A stretch of DNA of 64,000 bases, from the NCBI GenBank assembly GCA_012522045.1, contig JAAYLC010000198.1, positions 1,797 to 65,796 of the forward strand, written 5' to 3'. This stretch comes from Bacteroidota bacterium. GTDB taxonomy: Bacteria > Bacteroidota > Bacteroidia > Flavobacteriales > Flavobacteriaceae. Positions 60,269-64,000 of the stretch are shown piece by piece. The first letter of the stretch is position 1. Every line of letters begins with the position of its first letter. Below the pieces are notes generated by a model that was not told where the DNA came from, searched no databases, and worked only from the letters and a program-made list of their open reading frames with translations. Made by a program: the position numbers and the translations under genes.

Positions 60269-61282
60269 ATGGCGAAACGTTGGAAAATACGCCCTGAACA
60301 TGCTACATGGGGCGATTGGGGAGAAGATGATCAATTAGGCAGGCTTAACTTAATAACTCCTGAAAAAGTAAAACAGGGAATAGCAGAAGTAAAAGAAGGG
60401 AAAACATTTTGCTTAAGTCTGCCACTGGATTATCCGGGTGGACAGGTAATTAATAAAGTTCGTTTTCCACCTGTTCTAAAACCGGTTATCAGGAATGATG
60501 AACCTTACTTTAATTATATGTGGAATAAGTTGAATCCTAATCACACCGATATAGGTTCTGACGACGTGGTATTATTGCATACGCAATATTCAACCCAATG
60601 GGATAGTTTAGCCCATAGAGGAGCACTCTTTGATGTAATGGGGGATGGAAATCCACAACCCGTCTATTATAATGGTTTTAGAGTAGATGAAGATATCTTA
60701 ATAGATGAAAACCACAACACAAATGCCAAGGCTTTAGGCATTGAACAAATGGCATTTCACGGAGTACAAGGCAGGGGTGTTATGGTGGATTTATATTCTG
60801 AATTTGGTGAATTTCCAAGAAAAGAAGTCGGCTATGACGATTTGATGCGGGTAATGGAAAAGAAAAGCATAGTTGTAGAACAAGGAGATATTTTATGTCT
60901 TTGGACCGGACTTGACCAAATGATTCTACGGATGAAAGGAAACCCGGACAATAGTATTAATGAGGCGTGTGCCGTATTAAATGGTTTCGATAATAAATTA
61001 TTAAATTGGATCATCGATTCAGGAGTGGCTGCAATTGCCTCAGATAATTTAGCTGTTGAGGCAGTTGGGAAAAAAGTTCCTGAAGGAACAAAGGGCTCTA
61101 ATTTGCCCATTCATGAACTGTGTTTATTTCGATTGGGAGTACACCTCGGAGAACTTTGGCAATTATGTGACTTGGCTAAGTGGCTCAACAAGCATAATCG
61201 TTATAGATTTTTAATAACAGCACCCCCCTTAAGACTTACAGGAGCAGTGGGTTCGCCGGTATCACCGATTGCAACTGTATAA
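60269..61282 (+). CDS. putative cyclase / kynurenine-formamidase-fold protein with atypical metal motif
   Basis: 337 aa. LLHTQYSTQWDSLAH occupies the place of the HxGTHxDxPxH motif, with the second His replaced by Gln. Confidence 0.55.
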   Translation: MAKRWKIRPEHATWGDWGEDDQLGRLNLITPEKVKQGIAEVKEGKTFCLSLPLDYPGGQVINKVRFPPVLKPVIRNDEPYFNYMWNKLNPNHTDIGSDDVVLLHTQYSTQWDSLAHRGALFDVMGDGNPQPVYYNGFRVDEDILIDENHNTNAKALGIEQMAFHGVQGRGVMVDLYSEFGEFPRKEVGYDDLMRVMEKKSIVVEQGDILCLWTGLDQMILRMKGNPDNSINEACAVLNGFDNKLLNWIIDSGVAAIASDNLAVEAVGKKVPEGTKGSNLPIHELCLFRLGVHLGELWQLCDLAKWLNKHNRYRFLITAPPLRLTGAVGSPVSPIATV

Positions 61283-61296
61283 ATAGAAAATATATT

Positions 61297-62295
61297 ATGA
61301 TGGACAATCTTACCAAAGAAGTGTTGAAAAATAATAGTGCTCTCAAGAAAATTCACGATAAAATAGAAAAAGTGGAAAATTGGGATAAGTTGCCACAAAA
61401 ACCTATGGTAACTATAAGCATGGCAACCTATAATCACGAAAATTTCATCATTAAGTCCATTGAAGGGGTGTTAATGCAGCAAACAAATTTCGACTTTGAA
61501 ATTATAATCAAAGAAGATTTCTCTAATGATAGGACTAGAGAAATAGTTGTTGAATATCAAAAAAAATATCCCCACATCATTCGTTTATGGCTTTGTAAGG
61601 AAAACTTGTATAGTCAAAAACTTAAACCACGATTAGATGCATTTGCAAGAGGACGGTATATAGCCAAATGCGAAGGCGACGATTACTGGACCGACCCGTT
61701 TAAATTGCAGAAACAGGTGGATTTTTTGGAAGCAAATCCTGAATACAGTTTAGTATGCGGCGGTTTTATTTCCAAAAATGATGAAACAGGAGAAGAAAAG
61801 GTTGAGTTAAAAGAAGTAGAAGCTTCCCCCGATCACACTGAGAAAGGGTTTGACATTACCCTGGAACGACTGCTAAAACAATGGTTGACCAAAACCCTGA
61901 CGTTAATGTACAGAAAATCAGCTCTGGATTTAAAGGAATACCAGAAATATAAATATGCCAAAGACTTCCACTTAAATTATGAACTTTTAAAAAAAGGCAA
62001 GGGTTACTATATGAAAGAAATTTTTGGAGTCTATCACGTTCATGATGGTGGTGTTTTCAGTAAACTTACCCAAGAGATGCGACACTCAATTCATTTCCAG
62101 ATGTATGGTGAAGTACATAGAAAAAATCCTTCTGATGAATTAATTAAAAAAAAGTACTACAATGTTCTTAGAAAAATCATTAAAAATGAATACTCCATTA
62201 AAACTCCTTTCCGTATATATTTTGAAATGTACAAAATCTCCGGAAGCAGGAAAGATTTTAAAAAAATGGTTAAGGCGGCTTTAGGCAGGAATTAA
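61297..62295 (+). CDS. glycosyltransferase family 2
   Basis: ISMATYNHENFI, KEDFSNDRT and CEGDDYW motifs. Last gene of the co-directional operon. Confidence 0.8.
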   Translation: MMDNLTKEVLKNNSALKKIHDKIEKVENWDKLPQKPMVTISMATYNHENFIIKSIEGVLMQQTNFDFEIIIKEDFSNDRTREIVVEYQKKYPHIIRLWLCKENLYSQKLKPRLDAFARGRYIAKCEGDDYWTDPFKLQKQVDFLEANPEYSLVCGGFISKNDETGEEKVELKEVEASPDHTEKGFDITLERLLKQWLTKTLTLMYRKSALDLKEYQKYKYAKDFHLNYELLKKGKGYYMKEIFGVYHVHDGGVFSKLTQEMRHSIHFQMYGEVHRKNPSDELIKKKYYNVLRKIIKNEYSIKTPFRIYFEMYKISGSRKDFKKMVKAALGRN

Positions 62296-62315
62296 TAACA
62301 TCCTGCTTCGCTACC

Positions 62316-62545
62316 AAAAAAACTCTCAACTCTCAACTTTCAACTCTCAACTTTCAATTTTCAACTTTCAACTAAAAACCGCTTCACGCCCGAAAAAACT
62401 CTCAATTTTCAATTTTCAACTTTCAATTAAAAAACCCTTCACGCCTCAACAAAATAATGATTAATGATTAATGGTTAATGTTATTTAAGGAAGCTCAAAT
62501 TTTCAATTTTCAATTTTCAATTTTCAACTTTCAATTTTCAACTTT
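62316..62545 (-). repeat. composite repeat block D: three heptad arrays, an inverted copy of block A
   Basis: Heptad arrays of CTCAACT/TTTCAAC type lie at 62322-62373, 62398-62428 and 62495-62545. CGCTTCACGCC/CCTTCACGCC spacers and a TAATGAT/TAATGGT array lie at 62455-62482. Segment 62436-62528 is the reverse complement of 44103-44197, apart from heptad copy number and two flank mismatches. Confidence 0.9.
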
Positions 62546-62617
62546 GACATATTTAAGAATGTAAATTCCGAATTCAAAATTTTTGCTATTTTTATAATTT
62601 CTGAATAGCGACCAATT

Positions 62618-63691
62618 ATGATAAAATTTATTCCGTATACTGAAGACCCTTTTCTACAGCCACCTCTTTATCGTGTAGTGCCTCTTGAACAAACCGATAT
62701 GGGTTATTATACGCTGTTTATAAAAAATCTTATAGCAGCCCACACCTTTGAAAATTTCGACAAAAAGGATTTCCCTTCTGAAACAGAAATCATTAATTAC
62801 CAAACAGAATTATTTGGGGCTTATATAAACGGAGATTTACAGATTAGGAATGAAGGTAGGATAGACAAATCCCCGGTTACCCGCTTCATGGAAATGGAAG
62901 TCGAGGATCTTCAATTTGCCGATATACCTGAGGTAGAGAGTTACTTAAATTTTTTGGTCAGACATAGAAAAGTATTTGAATGTATAGATAGGGCAGTAGA
63001 TTATGAAATTGATGATTCCTTTGATTATGAATCTTACCTAGATAGTAAAATAAGAAGAATAGATTTTTTTGAAATAACTGAAGTTATCTATGAGTTAATA
63101 GTTATCAATTTGGAACTGGTAGAGCAATTGAAGAAACAATTAATCGCCAACTTAGAGATTCAAAAATTGAACATTGAATATGTTAAAGGAAATATTGATG
63201 CATTAAATTATCATTTCAATAACAAGCTTGTTGATTCAGTGAGGATGGCTCAGGTAAAGCACCACAGCGTAATATGGTTTGGACAATTGCTTCGGAAAAT
63301 AGGATTTGAAATCGGATGGCATGACTATAAAGATTTCTTTGATGAAATGAAATCCCTATTCTGCGAAGCCATCAACTATCAGCCTCCTGTTCCGGAGATT
63401 GCAAACATCCCCTATCCAAAACATATTTTTACCGATCCAAAAGCATATTTACTATTTCATGAGATTGCTTCAAAAACAAGTAAAAATATAATCATAAGTT
63501 ATTTATTCCGTAGAATGGGTGAAAGGGAAAATTTTATAAGCGTCCGTGATACCGAATTCCGAGATTGGTTCAACACCGCCGGATACCCCAAAGAACTCTA
63601 CTCCCCAACTCATACCTATGAGAAATCTTACACGGAAGAGCGGGAGTTGTTTGTAAACTTGCTATATGAGAAGTATGGATTGGGAGAATAA
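62618..63691 (+). CDS. hypothetical cytoplasmic protein (orphan, 357 aa)
   Basis: Long ORF, AT-rich, with no signal peptide, TM segment or recognisable motif. Bracketed by repeat blocks D and E. Confidence 0.6.
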   Translation: MIKFIPYTEDPFLQPPLYRVVPLEQTDMGYYTLFIKNLIAAHTFENFDKKDFPSETEIINYQTELFGAYINGDLQIRNEGRIDKSPVTRFMEMEVEDLQFADIPEVESYLNFLVRHRKVFECIDRAVDYEIDDSFDYESYLDSKIRRIDFFEITEVIYELIVINLELVEQLKKQLIANLEIQKLNIEYVKGNIDALNYHFNNKLVDSVRMAQVKHHSVIWFGQLLRKIGFEIGWHDYKDFFDEMKSLFCEAINYQPPVPEIANIPYPKHIFTDPKAYLLFHEIASKTSKNIIISYLFRRMGERENFISVRDTEFRDWFNTAGYPKELYSPTHTYEKSYTEERELFVNLLYEKYGLGE

Positions 63692-63856
63692 GGATTAGGA
63701 ATTTTAGAATAGCGATAGAGAAAAAAGCTTCGATATTTAACATGTACTAATCAACTTAATTCTTTTTTTGGAGTAACTAATTGATACAATGATTATATCG
63801 TCGGATTGAGAATGTCTGGTTGAGCGCAGTCGAAACCTCATATTAACGAAATTCAA

Positions 63857-63949
63857 AACTGTATAATGTAAACTGTATAATGAATGTCCTGAACGCCTCA
63901 AGATAAAAAACTCTCAACTCTCAATTTTCAACTAGAGAAACGTTTCACG
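63857..63949 (-). repeat. repeat block E: 14-nt tandem duplication plus a shortened direct copy of the first unit of block D
   Basis: AACTGTATAATG occurs twice (63857-63868 and 63871-63882). AAAAAACTCTCAACTCTCAATTTTCAACTAGAGAAACGTTTCACG (63905-63949) parallels 62316-62388, but with 3 heptads instead of 7. Confidence 0.8.
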
Positions 63950-64000
63950 AAAAAAAGACGTATGACCGCTTCGCTTTAGGACATAGGACTAAAGAAATCG

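Noticed and set aside
44009-62560. IS element, transposon or ICE defined by the inverted repeats
   Set aside because: No transposase, integrase, relaxase or conjugation gene is visible in the window, and no target-site duplication was identified. It is reported instead as a repeat-bracketed island.

Overview
About 64 kb of a Bacteroidota chromosome, probably a marine member of the Flavobacteriia. Supporting signs are TAnnTTTG-type promoter motifs, a type IX secretion (T9SS) C-terminal sorting domain, a full Na+-NQR operon and no Shine-Dalgarno signals. No homology search was run, so every family call rests on motifs read directly from the supplied translations.

Positions 1-44,000 are ordinary, densely packed housekeeping genes:
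- tig-clpP-clpX
- nqrABCDEF, a small ORF and apbE
- recR
- a 2-oxo-acid dehydrogenase E2 and lpdA
- nhaC, a peroxiredoxin and a thioredoxin
- ftsK-lolA-lptF/G, ribBA, tRNA-Ser(UGA), dinB, fsa and an ABC-F ATPase
- a 1021-aa T9SS cargo protein

Positions 44,000-64,000 look accessory. A composite repeat built from tandem 7-nt units occurs at 44.0 kb, on both sides of a four-helix-bundle (Avd / 23S-IVS-type) gene at 49.5-50.0 kb, inverted at 62.3-62.5 kb, and again at 63.9 kb. Between the inverted copies lie a PAPS-supply module (cysQ, DUF2061-like, cysC, cysD, cysN) and a co-directional Wzm/Wzt ABC-transporter glycan operon.

The best candidate for an undescribed system is inside that operon at 52.4-61.3 kb. 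It is an AT-richer block of eight enzymes: a CitE/HpcH-like lyase, an MmgE/PrpD protein, an unassigned 297-aa protein, an Ldh_2 oxidoreductase, an ATP-grasp ligase, a hexapeptide acyltransferase, a fumarate-lyase-fold enzyme and a cyclase-fold enzyme. I do not recognise this combination as any characterised pathway.

Smaller oddities:
- an in-frame TAA in a D-cysteine desulfhydrase/ACC deaminase-family gene
- an ABC-F protein with a degenerate second P-loop
- a thioredoxin-fold lipoprotein without a CxxC motif
- a small ORF translationally coupled to apbE
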